Assembly: GCF_056712565.1 (NCBI RefSeq) | Contig: NZ_JBWXXM010000004.1 | Length of the DNA: 64,000 nt | Reading direction: 5' to 3' (one strand) | From: a plasmid | Translations under genes and position numbers: made by a program | Shown here: positions 21,192-31,046 of the stretch, in pieces | Layout of the letters: every line of letters begins with the position of its first letter | Position numbering within the stretch: the first letter of the stretch is position 1 | The notes under the pieces: generated by a model | What the model was told of the DNA's origin: nothing | Databases searched by the model: none | What the model saw: only the letters and a program-made list of their open reading frames with translations

Positions 21192-21770
21192 ATGTTGCGC
21201 TTTACTGAGGAAGAGTTTCAGGCTTTTAGTGAGCGTCGAAATAAGGGGCGGTCCAGGCCAAAAACCAAAAAGGATCCATTCTTATCGCTTGCGCCGGTAA
21301 AAGAAGTTTCTCCACATGCGAAGGCACTTGCAGCACTGGCAAAGAACCCAGACCTGCGCGACGGAAATTGCGAGCACTTCGAGCAGGTTTTCATTTTTGA
21401 TTACTTCGAACGCAAGCACCCTGACATCTATGAGCTGTTGCATGCAACGCCTAACGGAGGGAAACGTTCAAAAGCAACCGCCGGGAAAATGAAGGCTGAA
21501 GGGCAGAAAAAAGGTTATCCGGACATGAGTCTCGATAAAGCATGCGGTATTTATCACGGCATGCGAATTGAGCTTAAAGAACCAAATGGTAAAGCCCCGA
21601 CGAAAGAGCAGATCGCCTGGATGCGCAGGCTTAGAGAGGAAGGTTACTACGTCGTTCTTGCGTATGGTGCAGAACAAGCGATAACCGCCATCCTGGAATA
21701 CATGAGCCTTAAAAAGGGTGAGGCTATTGAGCATGTATTGAACGGTGACAAGTGGTTGTACGCTACGTGA
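21192..21770 (+). CDS. VRR-NUC-like PD-(D/E)xK nuclease domain protein
   Basis: 192 aa; GYPDMSL...IELKEPNGK matches VRR-NUC catalytic core. Confidence 0.5.
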   Translation: MLRFTEEEFQAFSERRNKGRSRPKTKKDPFLSLAPVKEVSPHAKALAALAKNPDLRDGNCEHFEQVFIFDYFERKHPDIYELLHATPNGGKRSKATAGKMKAEGQKKGYPDMSLDKACGIYHGMRIELKEPNGKAPTKEQIAWMRRLREEGYYVVLAYGAEQAITAILEYMSLKKGEAIEHVLNGDKWLYAT

Positions 21771-21934
21771 AATAATAAATTAATTAGTGCATATGTGTAT
21801 CTTTGATACAGCGCACATTAACATCGGGAGAATAATCGTGTCATCCAAGGCTAATTATGAATCGCTGGCATCGATCATGCCGCGTAATGAACAGGAAGCA
21901 GATGCTGTAGTGGACCCGGTAATCGCTGAAATGA

Positions 21935-22597
21935 ATGCTCGCCTGGAGGCTGAATTTGCAGCTGAGAATGAACATACCACCCAGGGCGACTAGGACTGTT
22001 TTTTGTGTCGGTAGCGGTCCGTCACTCACTCGTGAGGACTGTGCTGCTATAGAAAAAACTGGCTGTTCAATCATCGCGGTTAACAATTCCTGGCAGATGT
22101 TCGATGACATTTATGCCTTATACGCCGGTGATTTGTCATGGTGGAAGCAATACGGATCCACCATACCGGGAGGGAAATTCCGCAAAGTGACAGCCAACCT
22201 GGCGGCGGCGAAATCATTTTCGTTGGAGTACAGGCGATATTGTGGACCGGCGGAAGGGGTAAATAGCGGCGCGCAGGCTATCAGTCTGGCTGCTGAATCA
22301 GGGGCTGAAGTAGTTGTATTAGTCGGCTATGACTGTTCTCTGCAAAACGGCCTTCATTGGCATGGCGCGCACCCTCAAGCCCTACGGAATCCAACGCAGG
22401 TGTCTATTTCAAAATGGCAACAGCAGTTCCTGGATACCCGCAAAAAACACGCAGATTTACATATTTTGAATGCAAGTAGGAGCAGTGCAATTCAATGTTT
22501 CCCAAGAATAAATTTAGAGGCAGTGATCGCGTTATTATCGTCGGCAGTGGCCCAAGCGCCGCAAACTTTGTTGCGCCGCGCGGAGTGCCGATTATAG
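21935..22597 (+). CDS. DUF115-like protein, paralog 1 (start uncertain)
   Basis: VGSGPS...IIAVNN...NSGAQAISLA...VVLVGYD motifs; 5-prime end overlaps a 68-aa ORF, 3-prime tail overlaps paralog 2. Confidence 0.45.
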   Translation: MLAWRLNLQLRMNIPPRATRTVFCVGSGPSLTREDCAAIEKTGCSIIAVNNSWQMFDDIYALYAGDLSWWKQYGSTIPGGKFRKVTANLAAAKSFSLEYRRYCGPAEGVNSGAQAISLAAESGAEVVVLVGYDCSLQNGLHWHGAHPQALRNPTQVSISKWQQQFLDTRKKHADLHILNASRSSAIQCFPRINLEAVIALLSSAVAQAPQTLLRRAECRL

Positions 22598-23121
22598 CGG
22601 TCAATGGGGCCATCGACTGGCTGAACCGCGCTTCTTATTTTTTCACACTTGATCCATCGCCAGACAATATGCGGCGCGTTGGTCGTGGCCGCCGTCGCCG
22701 TGGTGTTTGTTATTGCATGGCACTACCCGATGTTAAAGAACGTGAAGTCAGAGACGGCGTTCTGTGCTTCCGTCGTGTGGCTGAACGTGGCATGGAGCCA
22801 AAAAATACGAATTCTCCCGAGTGGTGGGCGTGGCGCTGGTCCGCACATTTCGGACTTTGCGAAGATGAGAATGAAATTGCCAGCGGCAATAGTGCATATG
22901 GTGCTCTGAACCTGGCTTTCCATATCGGATTCAAACATGTCGCCCTGGTGGGCGTTGACGCTACACAAGAACCACGCGTTCACTCCGGCGGCACGCCAAA
23001 AAATCTAAGTCACCTGCCTTTGTTATTCCAGTCTGCGCGTGAACGGATTGACGTTGTTTCATGCGGGAAAATGGGAGGTATTCCGCAGATGACTCTTAAA
23101 GAATGGCTGAAGAATACATGA
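22495..23121 (+). CDS. DUF115-like protein, paralog 2
   Basis: 208 aa; IIVGSGPS...IIAVNG...[11 protein letters not shown]...VALVGVD; RBS AGGAG 12 nt upstream. Confidence 0.5.
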   Translation: MFPKNKFRGSDRVIIVGSGPSAANFVAPRGVPIIAVNGAIDWLNRASYFFTLDPSPDNMRRVGRGRRRRGVCYCMALPDVKEREVRDGVLCFRRVAERGMEPKNTNSPEWWAWRWSAHFGLCEDENEIASGNSAYGALNLAFHIGFKHVALVGVDATQEPRVHSGGTPKNLSHLPLLFQSARERIDVVSCGKMGGIPQMTLKEWLKNT

Positions 23122-23795
23122 TGGCACCCACAATTTATCACCGTATCGACGGTACCAAATACAGGAATGTCTGGGTTGTTGGTGATCTGCATGGTTGCTA
23201 CACCAGACTGATGTCCGAACTCCATCGTGTGGATTTTGACCCGGCGCAGGATTTACTGATATCGGTCGGCGACCTTATCGATCGCGGTACTGAAAATGTC
23301 GAATGTCTGGAACTATTGCAGATGCCCTGGTTCAGGGCAGTGATGGGGAACCATGAGCGGCTGATGATTGATGCGTTAAGTCCAGATGGCAACGTGAATA
23401 ACTGGCTAATGAATGGCGGACAATGGTTCTTCATGCTGGACACTGATCAGGAAATATTAGCCTGGGCGCTGGTGGAGCTGGTAAAGCGTCTGCCCTATAT
23501 CATTGAGTTGAACACCGGGCAAGAAACTATCGTTATAGCCCATGCCGACTATCCGGATAATGAATACCAATTCGGTAAGGAGGTACCGCTTTTCAACGTT
23601 GTCTGGGCGCGCGAGCGTATCAGTGATTCGATGGATGATATTGGTGGCGAAATTTCGGGCGCAGATCGTTTTATCTTTGGTCACACTCCGGTGAAAAGCC
23701 CGAAGACATTCTGGAATCAGCAGTATATCGACACTGGTGCCGTATTTTGCGGAAACCTGACATTGATGAAAGTGAAAGGTGATGGTGCAGCATGA
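23103..23795 (+). CDS. ppp: Ser/Thr protein phosphatase (lambda-PPase-like metallophosphatase)
   Basis: GDLHG, GDLIDRG, GNHE motifs; 230 aa. Confidence 0.85.
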   Translation: MAEEYMMAPTIYHRIDGTKYRNVWVVGDLHGCYTRLMSELHRVDFDPAQDLLISVGDLIDRGTENVECLELLQMPWFRAVMGNHERLMIDALSPDGNVNNWLMNGGQWFFMLDTDQEILAWALVELVKRLPYIIELNTGQETIVIAHADYPDNEYQFGKEVPLFNVVWARERISDSMDDIGGEISGADRFIFGHTPVKSPKTFWNQQYIDTGAVFCGNLTLMKVKGDGAA

Positions 23796-24493
23796 AGATT
23801 GCTTTAGTTCTTCGCTCTGGTGGTGACTATAACGCTTCCGATGTGCAGTGGCTGGTTAATCAACTGCCAAAAGACTATGAAATTATTTGCCTGACAGACC
23901 TGAAGTGTTTACATGTACCTGGCGTCAAAGTTATCCCATTGATCAACCAGTGGCAAAAGTGCCGTGGCTGGTGGGCGAAAATCGAGTTGTTCCGACCGGA
24001 TATAACCGATGATCTGTTCTATCTGGATTTGGACACGGTTATTGCCGGTGATATACGCCCAATCCTAGAGCATCCACCAACCAGCTTCACCATGCTTAGG
24101 GATTTTTACCATCCACAATATCGTGGCAGCGGTGCCCTGTGGATACCAAATAGTGTTAAAGCGCATATCTGGAGTTCATTCTGGCAAGATCCGGAAGGTT
24201 GGATTTCTCGTTGTGTCACTACTGAGTGCTGGGGTGACCAGGGGTTCTTACGAAAGGTTATGGGCGATGATACACCAGCATTTCAGGATCTGTATCCAGG
24301 ATGGTTTGTAAGTTACAAGGCCGATGTTGTGGAACCTGGTTCAAAATATGCGAGCGCGCGTTACTCCAGGGGGAATGGGGCATTACCAAAAGACTGCCGA
24401 ATAATCTTTTTCCACGGCAAACCGCGACCTCGCGAAGTGTCAGAGGATTGGCTTCCCCTTATCAGCTCATTTTTTGAGCGAGAATTAGAATAA
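23792..24493 (+). CDS. hypothetical protein (possible nucleotide-sugar transferase fold)
   Basis: 233 aa; YLDLDTVI DxD-like motif; overlaps ppp stop by 4 nt. Confidence 0.4.
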   Translation: MKIALVLRSGGDYNASDVQWLVNQLPKDYEIICLTDLKCLHVPGVKVIPLINQWQKCRGWWAKIELFRPDITDDLFYLDLDTVIAGDIRPILEHPPTSFTMLRDFYHPQYRGSGALWIPNSVKAHIWSSFWQDPEGWISRCVTTECWGDQGFLRKVMGDDTPAFQDLYPGWFVSYKADVVEPGSKYASARYSRGNGALPKDCRIIFFHGKPRPREVSEDWLPLISSFFERELE

Positions 24494-24494
24494 T

Positions 24495-24511
24495 ATTGCT
24501 CTAATAATTCC
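24495..24511 (+). promoter_or_regulatory. C1-operator-like site
   Basis: ATTGCTCTAATAATTCC. Confidence 0.5.
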
Positions 24512-24519
24512 ATATTTTT

Positions 24520-24549
24520 AAAACGTGATGTACACTCATCACGTTTTTT
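24520..24549. terminator. perfect hairpin terminator flanked by two inverted operator-like sites
   Basis: AAAACGTGATG-TACACT-CATCACGTTTT with flanking A/T runs. Confidence 0.55.
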
Positions 24550-24560
24550 ATTAGAGCAAT
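24544..24560 (-). promoter_or_regulatory. C1-operator-like site (inverted)
   Basis: TTTTATTAGAGCAAT, reverse complement ATTGCTCTAATAAAA. Confidence 0.4.
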
Positions 24561-24574
24561 CTACAAGGTGCACT

Positions 24575-24793
24575 ATGTGGCCATTCCGACGGAAATATCA
24601 CTACTGGCTGATCGCCTTTGTTACGCCGACCGGCGGTATCAGGCATGTCATCACCAGGTATCGCAACAAGAGACTCACCTTAGCCAGAATTTTACAGGCT
24701 GCCATAGGTGAGGGACTGGATACAAATTGCGTAGTCCTTCCTCCTTCATACTTAGGAAAAATGACCGAAGCACAAGCTAATACGGAACTTTGA
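24575..24793 (+). CDS. hypothetical small protein
   Basis: 72-aa ORF preceding and abutting the 420-aa ORF. Confidence 0.35.
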   Translation: MWPFRRKYHYWLIAFVTPTGGIRHVITRYRNKRLTLARILQAAIGEGLDTNCVVLPPSYLGKMTEAQANTEL

Positions 24794-24794
24794 A

Positions 24795-26057
24795 ATGATC
24801 ACTTCAGCACAAAACCAATCAATCGAAAATGTATCTATCCCTGACGTCCTGAATGCCGGTATCCCGGCCATTATCCAGAACATCCGGGCCGCGCAACGCC
24901 GCGTTAGTTGTGATGACCTCACAGCGCGTTTTTTTGATAATGCGGTTCAGTCAGCGGAGATGCTTCACGCACAGCTTATTGATGTTTATAACGCAGAAGC
25001 TGATAGCCATAACTCCCTGGTAGATGCAGCTGAAAATATGCAGTTGGATCTCGGTCTGAAGGGTAAAGAAATTGAAGAGCTTCAGCTACAAATTGAACAT
25101 TTGAAACGCCAGCAACAGGACGCGATCGACGATGCGACGCATGACGCCAACCAGCGTGCTGATAATGCCGAACGTATAAGCATTGAGCTGGAAACAAAAC
25201 TCAATGAAATGACCGCGATGGTTGAACTGCGGAACTCACAGATTTCAACGCTAAAATCTCAATATAAAGAGATCATGAAACTTGATCCTTTTAACCTTGA
25301 GAAACGCTATAACAAAGCTAAAAGCGAGCGACAGGAACTGCGTAAGCAGGTCGCCGACCTTAACCAACAGCTCAAAAAAACTATTAAAGATGCAAGCGAA
25401 GCGCGCGTGGCATTTGCTAATAAAAAAGCAGAGGTTACCGCGCTGGTTAATGAGAATGCCAAATTTGCGACGCTCAAGAAGGAAATGTATGGCATTACTG
25501 AGCGCCGTTTCCCTGCAAGCAAACTTCATCCGACGTTAGGGCAAATCTCCTTCTTCCCGCGCCTCCTGGCTTATGGGATCTCATCGCCTAAAGAGTTCAA
25601 TAACGAGCGTCCTTATATCGTTTCTAAGCTGGACTTTGCTTATCAGTTCTGCTGCGACATGGGCTATGCCATTGATATCCGAATCAACGAATGGTTGATG
25701 CCAAACTTCCAGCCGTTGGCAATTTTCCGCGAGTTCCAGCCGGAAGGTTGGGTAGAGTTCTTCCATGAATTGATCTGTAAAGAGATGGAAAGCCGCCGCC
25801 CGGAATTGGTCCGTCGAGTTGAGTGGGCGCAAGAGGTTATGTTGGCAGATGCAGAGCTGCCGTTCGAACCGGAATTCATTGATGATCTGGCAACTAAAGG
25901 GTTGCATACCCTGTTTGATGTGGTTACCCGCCGTCATGAGCAGTTGGTTGTCGAATTGGGTTTAGAGGAAACAGCGGCAAGAAGACTTCTCGATGTTTGC
26001 TATGCACGTAGCGATGCATGGGAAAAAGAGAACGGCGGCACTATTTACGTCCGCTGA
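24795..26057 (+). CDS. coiled-coil protein with globular C-terminal domain
   Basis: 420-aa ORF; long heptad-like central region. Confidence 0.55.
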   Translation: MITSAQNQSIENVSIPDVLNAGIPAIIQNIRAAQRRVSCDDLTARFFDNAVQSAEMLHAQLIDVYNAEADSHNSLVDAAENMQLDLGLKGKEIEELQLQIEHLKRQQQDAIDDATHDANQRADNAERISIELETKLNEMTAMVELRNSQISTLKSQYKEIMKLDPFNLEKRYNKAKSERQELRKQVADLNQQLKKTIKDASEARVAFANKKAEVTALVNENAKFATLKKEMYGITERRFPASKLHPTLGQISFFPRLLAYGISSPKEFNNERPYIVSKLDFAYQFCCDMGYAIDIRINEWLMPNFQPLAIFREFQPEGWVEFFHELICKEMESRRPELVRRVEWAQEVMLADAELPFEPEFIDDLATKGLHTLFDVVTRRHEQLVVELGLEETAARRLLDVCYARSDAWEKENGGTIYVR

Positions 26058-26079
26058 TAGTTACAGCGTCACTTTTAAT

Positions 26080-26110
26080 GCTGGTGGAGTGCGCCCACCA
26101 GCATTTTTTT
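26080..26110 (+). terminator. rho-independent terminator
   Basis: GCTGGTGG-AGTGCGC-CCACCAGC followed by ATTTTTTT. Confidence 0.65.
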
Positions 26111-26129
26111 CGTCCAATGAGGAGGGCAT

Positions 26130-26636
26130 TTGAGTATTTTCAATAAACACGCACACCAGGAACGTCCGTATATCGTCATAGTCGATATTGATGGAACAAT
26201 ATCAGAGGCAACTGAAGACAGACTGCATTTGCTTCCGCCACCAGGTAAAGGTGCATTAACAAAGGACTGGAACGAGTTTAATCTCGCCTGTGACACCGAT
26301 ACTCCCATCACTCCGGTTATTGATATGGTGCGCCAGTTATTTAACGTTTACACGGTCTGGTTTGTAACCGGGCGCTGTGAGATCGCAAGGGATAAAACAC
26401 GAGCCTGGCTGCGTAAGCACGTAACAAATGGGGCTGAGCCTTTGCTATCTATGCGTCCTGCCACCGATGACAGAAATGACGGCCCTGCAAAGATTGATCT
26501 CCTGAAGAAAATTGGTCTAAGTAAAATTGCGTTCGCGCTGGAAGATAAGATTGAAGTGGCGCGTGTTTTCAGGAGTCACGGCGTACTTACGTTAATGGTC
26601 AGGGAATATGAAAATGCACTTCTTCATCAACAATAA
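26130..26636 (+). CDS. HAD-superfamily phosphatase-like protein
   Basis: 168 aa with DxDGT motif (IVIVDIDGTIS). Confidence 0.55.
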   Translation: MSIFNKHAHQERPYIVIVDIDGTISEATEDRLHLLPPPGKGALTKDWNEFNLACDTDTPITPVIDMVRQLFNVYTVWFVTGRCEIARDKTRAWLRKHVTNGAEPLLSMRPATDDRNDGPAKIDLLKKIGLSKIAFALEDKIEVARVFRSHGVLTLMVREYENALLHQQ

Positions 26637-26652
26637 TTGCTCTAATAAATCT
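26636..26652 (+). promoter_or_regulatory. C1-operator-like site
   Basis: ATTGCTCTAATAAATCT right after the HAD gene stop. Confidence 0.55.
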
Positions 26653-26734
26653 TGATTTTTAAAACAGAGAAAGTGAAAATTAAAACATGCCGCAAGGCGC
26701 GGCATGTATCCAATCAATCACAGGAGCTGAAAAT

Positions 26735-26821
26735 ATGAACACGGCATTCAAAATCATTATGGCCGCGATCTATTTCTGGCTGTTCTCTATCACTTTTGGC
26801 GGCATCGTCGCACATGGGTAA
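26735..26821 (+). CDS. 28-aa hydrophobic peptide (single TM)
   Basis: MNTAFKIIMAAIYFWLFSITFGGIVAHG with AGGAG RBS 7 nt upstream; below ORF-track cutoff. Confidence 0.35.
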   Translation: MNTAFKIIMAAIYFWLFSITFGGIVAHG

Positions 26822-26830
26822 GGGGGATGT

Positions 26831-27409
26831 ATGAAAGGCGAAGTGAAAGAGCGCGGCATGATTTTTAACGATGAGATGGTCCGGGCAATTCTTGGCGGGA
26901 ATAAAACACAGACTCGCAGGATTGTTGAAGAAAAATTCTATGGACGGGCAGTGGCCGCAGAGTTGCTTGCCAAGCATTGTCCATATGGTCAACCGGGCGA
27001 TCGTATTTGGGTTCGCGAAACCTACCGGGTACATGGCAAAGCGACGGACGTCGCAACGCTGGTTTATCGCGCAAGCGTGCGTAACTCCTGGACAGAACAA
27101 ACGCACCGGGTTCCGGTCGAGGTTTGTAATAAACCAGTATCAGAAAAGTGGACGCCATCAATTCACATGCCGCGCTGGGCATCGCGCATTCTTCTGGAAA
27201 TTACCGACGTGCGTGTGGAACGGCTGCATGACATGAGCGAGGCAGATGCTAAAGCAGAAGGCGCAACTCCGGCGACGTACAAGATTACGCCATCTGAAGC
27301 TGTTTATCGCGTTGGTTTTGGTGATATCTGGCGCAGTATTTACGGGCAGGATAACTGGCTATCTAACCCGTTGGTATGGGTAATCGAGTTTAAGCGCATT
27401 CAGGAATAA
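26831..27409 (+). CDS. ASCH-domain protein (YqfB-like)
   Basis: GGNKTQTRR near N-terminus and C-terminal VWVIEFKRI resemble ASCH (GxKxxExR ... YVIEFK); alternative start 26858. Confidence 0.5.
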   Translation: MKGEVKERGMIFNDEMVRAILGGNKTQTRRIVEEKFYGRAVAAELLAKHCPYGQPGDRIWVRETYRVHGKATDVATLVYRASVRNSWTEQTHRVPVEVCNKPVSEKWTPSIHMPRWASRILLEITDVRVERLHDMSEADAKAEGATPATYKITPSEAVYRVGFGDIWRSIYGQDNWLSNPLVWVIEFKRIQE

Positions 27410-27412
27410 ACC

Positions 27413-28291
27413 GTGAGTATGCATCAAGTCGTCAGCTTTTCAGGTGGACGAACATCGGCTTATCTCGTTCATCTGATGGAAGCACAGCGAAAAGCTGGCG
27501 CTAGCGTCCATTTCATTTTTATGGATACCGGCTGTGAACATCCTCTGACGTATCGCTTTATTCGTGAGGTTGTGAAGTTCTGGAACGTACCGCTAACGGT
27601 GTTGCAGGTCGATATAAATCCAGAAATTGGGAAGCCAAATGGTTATACGGAATGGGAACCAAAGGATATTCAGACGCGAATGCCGGTGCTTAAACCGTTT
27701 ATGGACATGGTTAAAAAGTACGGTACGCCATACATCGGCGGCGCGTTCTGTACTGAAAGGCTAAAACTCACCCCTTTCACGAAATATTGCGATGACCATT
27801 TTGGGCGAGGGAATTACATCACATGGCTGGGTATTCGTGCGGACGAACCCCGTAGGCTGAAACCGAAACCGGGCGTCCGGTATCTTGCCGAACTGTCAGA
27901 TTTTGATAAGTCGGATGTTATCCGGTGGTGGCGAAAACAACCTTTTGATTTGCAAATCCCGGAGCACCTCGGGAACTGTGTTTTTTGCATCAAAAAGTCA
28001 ACGCAAAAGCTGGGGCTTGCATGTAAAGACGAACCAGGTCTGATGCGGGTTTTTAATGAACTGGTTACAGGCAAACACGTCAGGGATGGTCATCGCAGAA
28101 CAGGTAAAGACGTTATGTACCGTGGCCACCTGACGCTTGACGGGATTGCCAGAATGTATGCCGACAGTGACTACAGAAATTTGTATCAGGCGATGGTGCT
28201 GGCCAAGCGGTTTGATACTGGTTCGTGTTCCGAATCATGTGAAATCTGGGGTGACCAATTGGAGTTGAAATTCGAAGAGGTAGTGGAATGA
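27413..28291 (+). CDS. PAPS-reductase-like / PP-loop ATP pyrophosphatase family protein
   Basis: 292 aa; PP-loop SFSGGRTSAYLV near N-terminus. Confidence 0.55.
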   Translation: MSMHQVVSFSGGRTSAYLVHLMEAQRKAGASVHFIFMDTGCEHPLTYRFIREVVKFWNVPLTVLQVDINPEIGKPNGYTEWEPKDIQTRMPVLKPFMDMVKKYGTPYIGGAFCTERLKLTPFTKYCDDHFGRGNYITWLGIRADEPRRLKPKPGVRYLAELSDFDKSDVIRWWRKQPFDLQIPEHLGNCVFCIKKSTQKLGLACKDEPGLMRVFNELVTGKHVRDGHRRTGKDVMYRGHLTLDGIARMYADSDYRNLYQAMVLAKRFDTGSCSESCEIWGDQLELKFEEVVE

Positions 28292-28491
28292 CAATCGTAA
28301 AAACCCATACCGGTACCGTGATCACCAAAGATGGCCCGAAGGTAAAAAAACTGCACCAAACAGAGCGGATGTGGGTCGTTGGCAAAAACGAGTTTTACCA
28401 CAAAGAAACTGGACGCCGCCATTTTGCAGAAAATACGCGCCGCCGACTGCTGTTAGACACCATCAAGCCTATCGAGGTGAAGCATGTTTAA
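28288..28491 (+). CDS. hypothetical small protein
   Basis: 67-aa ORF, start overlaps upstream stop. Confidence 0.35.
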   Translation: MTIVKTHTGTVITKDGPKVKKLHQTERMWVVGKNEFYHKETGRRHFAENTRRRLLLDTIKPIEVKHV

Positions 28492-28723
28492 ACAGAACGA
28501 AAAAGCTATCGCTCAAATTGCTGATTATATCCCGCGTGCGTGCCGGGGTATGCAGTTGCAGGAAGCCAAAGCGCGCCTGGAGAAAAAAATTGCGCTCTAT
28601 ATTGATGACGGCTGTGATGCCGCCGTTCTTAACGCGGCGTTCGCACCAGCTCTTAACTGTCACACTCGGGAGTCTTTTTTTTCATGCATCGCAGCGCAAC
28701 TCCGCCAAGGAGGCAACCAGTGA
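28484..28723 (+). CDS. hypothetical protein ending in ..AAQLRQGGNQ
   Basis: 79-aa ORF; 3-prime junction AAGGAGGCAACCAGTGAG repeated at 29925. Confidence 0.4.
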   Translation: MFKQNEKAIAQIADYIPRACRGMQLQEAKARLEKKIALYIDDGCDAAVLNAAFAPALNCHTRESFFSCIAAQLRQGGNQ

Positions 28724-29364
28724 GTAACCGTTTTTACATGATGTGCTTGCGTGAAATTGTGGGTAATAACGCCTCATTCCATTGCCATAACGGCAATGGT
28801 TACAGTTCTGATATCGATCGCGCTCATGTTTACACGCTGGAAGAAGGCCAAAAAGCCTGGAATTGTGGACGAGATATCGATCAGCCTGTTTGCGCTGATA
28901 GCGTGGATGCAATGGCTGTGTGGCACGTTGATTGCCAGTACATCCCTACAGAAAGCCTGATTGAGTCAGATTGCACTGCGTATGTGGCCTACAAAAAAGG
29001 TAGCTGGAACGGCAACGATGTTTACTGGCTTCAACACGGTGGATTGCCAACAGATGACTTCAGTAAAGCGACCATCTTTAGCGTCGCCAACAAAAACGAA
29101 CCAGGAATAGTTTGGTTGCCATTTTCCATTGCTGATTCAGCAAAGCGCCGGACGTTCAATATCAATAACTTTAACCGCAGAACAATGGTTCAGGGCGCAG
29201 GTTTGGTCATGCCTGACTGGTTGAAAAAGCAGAACAGAAGAAAGAAGTCGCGAAGCGGGAAGGTGCGTTGGAATTGTCCGCATTGCGGAAAAATTACCTG
29301 GCAGTACAGCCCATATGATTTTGAAGGCTGTCGTGATTACAACTGTGAAGGATGGCGAGAATGA
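28719..29364 (+). CDS. Cys-rich hypothetical protein with C-terminal zinc-ribbon-like CPHC..C..C
   Basis: GTG start inside conserved junction with AAGGAGG RBS; about 215 aa. Confidence 0.45.
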
Positions 29365-29948
29365 CAATTGACTATCAGGCACTGCGAGATGCGGCAGTTG
29401 CAGTAGAAACAGAACCTATGCATCAAAATTTTGTGGCGTTTCGTATGGCGTTCACGCCATCGGTGGCACTGGCACTACTGGATGAAATTAAGCGGCTGGA
29501 AGACACAAATATTGATGCTATGTGCCGTATTGCAGAGCTTGAGACTAATCTCGCGGCGCTGGTGGCAGAGAACGCCGGACTGAAACACGCAATGGCCGTA
29601 ACTCTTGAGCATGTGTCGGTCACGGATGCAGGGCAGGCCGGAGTTGCTGCAATGATTATCAACGATGCCCTGCACCACAGCGAAACTCCAGCTACCGATG
29701 CTTTTCTAGCTGAAGTGAAGACTGAAGCACGCAAGGAAGGCGCTTATTTTGTGGCGAACAGAATGCTGGCTGCCTGGGAAGCTGGTTTTATTGATGATAC
29801 CGCGAAGAACGCCGCGGATATTGCCCGGATGATTCTTACCTCTACTGAGTTTATGGCTAATGCGCCGGAAGGCGATTTTGACCGCTCATTCTCTGATGGC
29901 GTTCTCGAAGATATCGCCGCCCAGCTTCGAAAAGGAGGCAACCAGTGA
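29352..29948 (+). CDS. Ead/Ea22-like protein, paralog A
   Basis: 198 aa; N-terminal IDYQALRDAA and ALALLDE motifs; ends ..AAQLRKGGNQ. Confidence 0.45.
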   Translation: MARMTIDYQALRDAAVAVETEPMHQNFVAFRMAFTPSVALALLDEIKRLEDTNIDAMCRIAELETNLAALVAENAGLKHAMAVTLEHVSVTDAGQAGVAAMIINDALHHSETPATDAFLAEVKTEARKEGAYFVANRMLAAWEAGFIDDTAKNAADIARMILTSTEFMANAPEGDFDRSFSDGVLEDIAAQLRKGGNQ

Positions 29949-30697
29949 GCAAGATTGACTATCAGGCACTGCGTGAGGCGGCGGAACGTGCAATTCCAGC
30001 AATGGAACGCCTGTTAATGTTGCCAGCTGATGATGATTTGTTAAGTGAACAGGAACTTAAAGATTACGGTGTGGATATTGATGCGCTCAACGCCTTCAAA
30101 TTTCTGGCCGGACCAGAAACCGTGCTGGCACTACTGGATGAACGGGAAAGAAACCAGCAATACATCAAACGCCGTGACCAGGAGAACGAGGATATTGCGC
30201 TAACGGTAGGGAAGCTGAGAGTTGAGCTTGAGGAAGTAAAACAACACGCTGAAGAATTATCCGAAACCAAGGCTGTTCGTAACCAATGGCGGCCAGATAT
30301 TTGCCCAATAACCGGACGTGCATTTTTCATGTGGATTGAGCATCCAACATTGGGAAATGTGCCGACATATGGTGGCCCATTAGATAGTTACACCATTCCA
30401 ACAAAGGACGGTGACGGTGAGTTTTCATGTGAGCGTTACGATCATGATTTTGGCGGTTGGGTAGAAAGCGAATGTCTTGGGTTATATCTGATTGATGATA
30501 GAGAACAATGCAGGGTCTACGAACTGGAGGAACGCGTTAAGGAACTGGATGCTCGGGAAATATCGCTCCCGGAACGTAGCAGCATGCTTCATCGAACAGA
30601 TTTTCACGATGATTACCAAACGGTAATGGCATACAAAGTTTCTGAGGTCATCGCTGCAATCCGCGCCGCTGGCATCCGTATCAACGGAGGTGAGTAG
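29945..30697 (+). CDS. Ead/Ea22-like protein, paralog B
   Basis: 250 aa; N-terminal IDYQALREAA and PETVLALLDE; GTG start in repeated junction. Confidence 0.45.
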   Translation: MSKIDYQALREAAERAIPAMERLLMLPADDDLLSEQELKDYGVDIDALNAFKFLAGPETVLALLDERERNQQYIKRRDQENEDIALTVGKLRVELEEVKQHAEELSETKAVRNQWRPDICPITGRAFFMWIEHPTLGNVPTYGGPLDSYTIPTKDGDGEFSCERYDHDFGGWVESECLGLYLIDDREQCRVYELEERVKELDAREISLPERSSMLHRTDFHDDYQTVMAYKVSEVIAAIRAAGIRINGGE

Positions 30698-30867
30698 TGC
30701 GTGTGGTATGTATCAGCTTGTTACCGTACCCGACTCGTTTTTGGGCTTCTGCGCTAATTGCAAAGCCACATGTCCTGATGGCTGACAACATCATCCCGGC
30801 ACCAAAGCGCCGCCATACCGGTATTGCAGCGGCACGACGAGCAGCAAAGAGACGCAGGAGAGCAAAG

Positions 30868-31046
30868 CGATGAAAAACCGTAAGGCAAAACGACTTTTTT
30901 TACAGCGGCCTGTGCGTGTGGTGGAGCTGGTTATTAGCAACCATAAGATAGCGGTACTCCATCCATTTGGTCAGGTGGCTTTTGCCGCAAAGCGTAAGCC
31001 TACTGCGTCACAGAACAGGCGGAAGAAAGGGTACGCAGTAAGATGA
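30868..31046 (+). pseudogene. small basic protein gene (paralog of next ORF) interrupted at a T9 homopolymer
   Basis: ATG at 30868 reads MKNRKAKRLF then shifts frame in T-run 30893-30901; with T8 the frame gives a 58-aa protein ending ATGA-coupled to next ORF. Confidence 0.3.
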
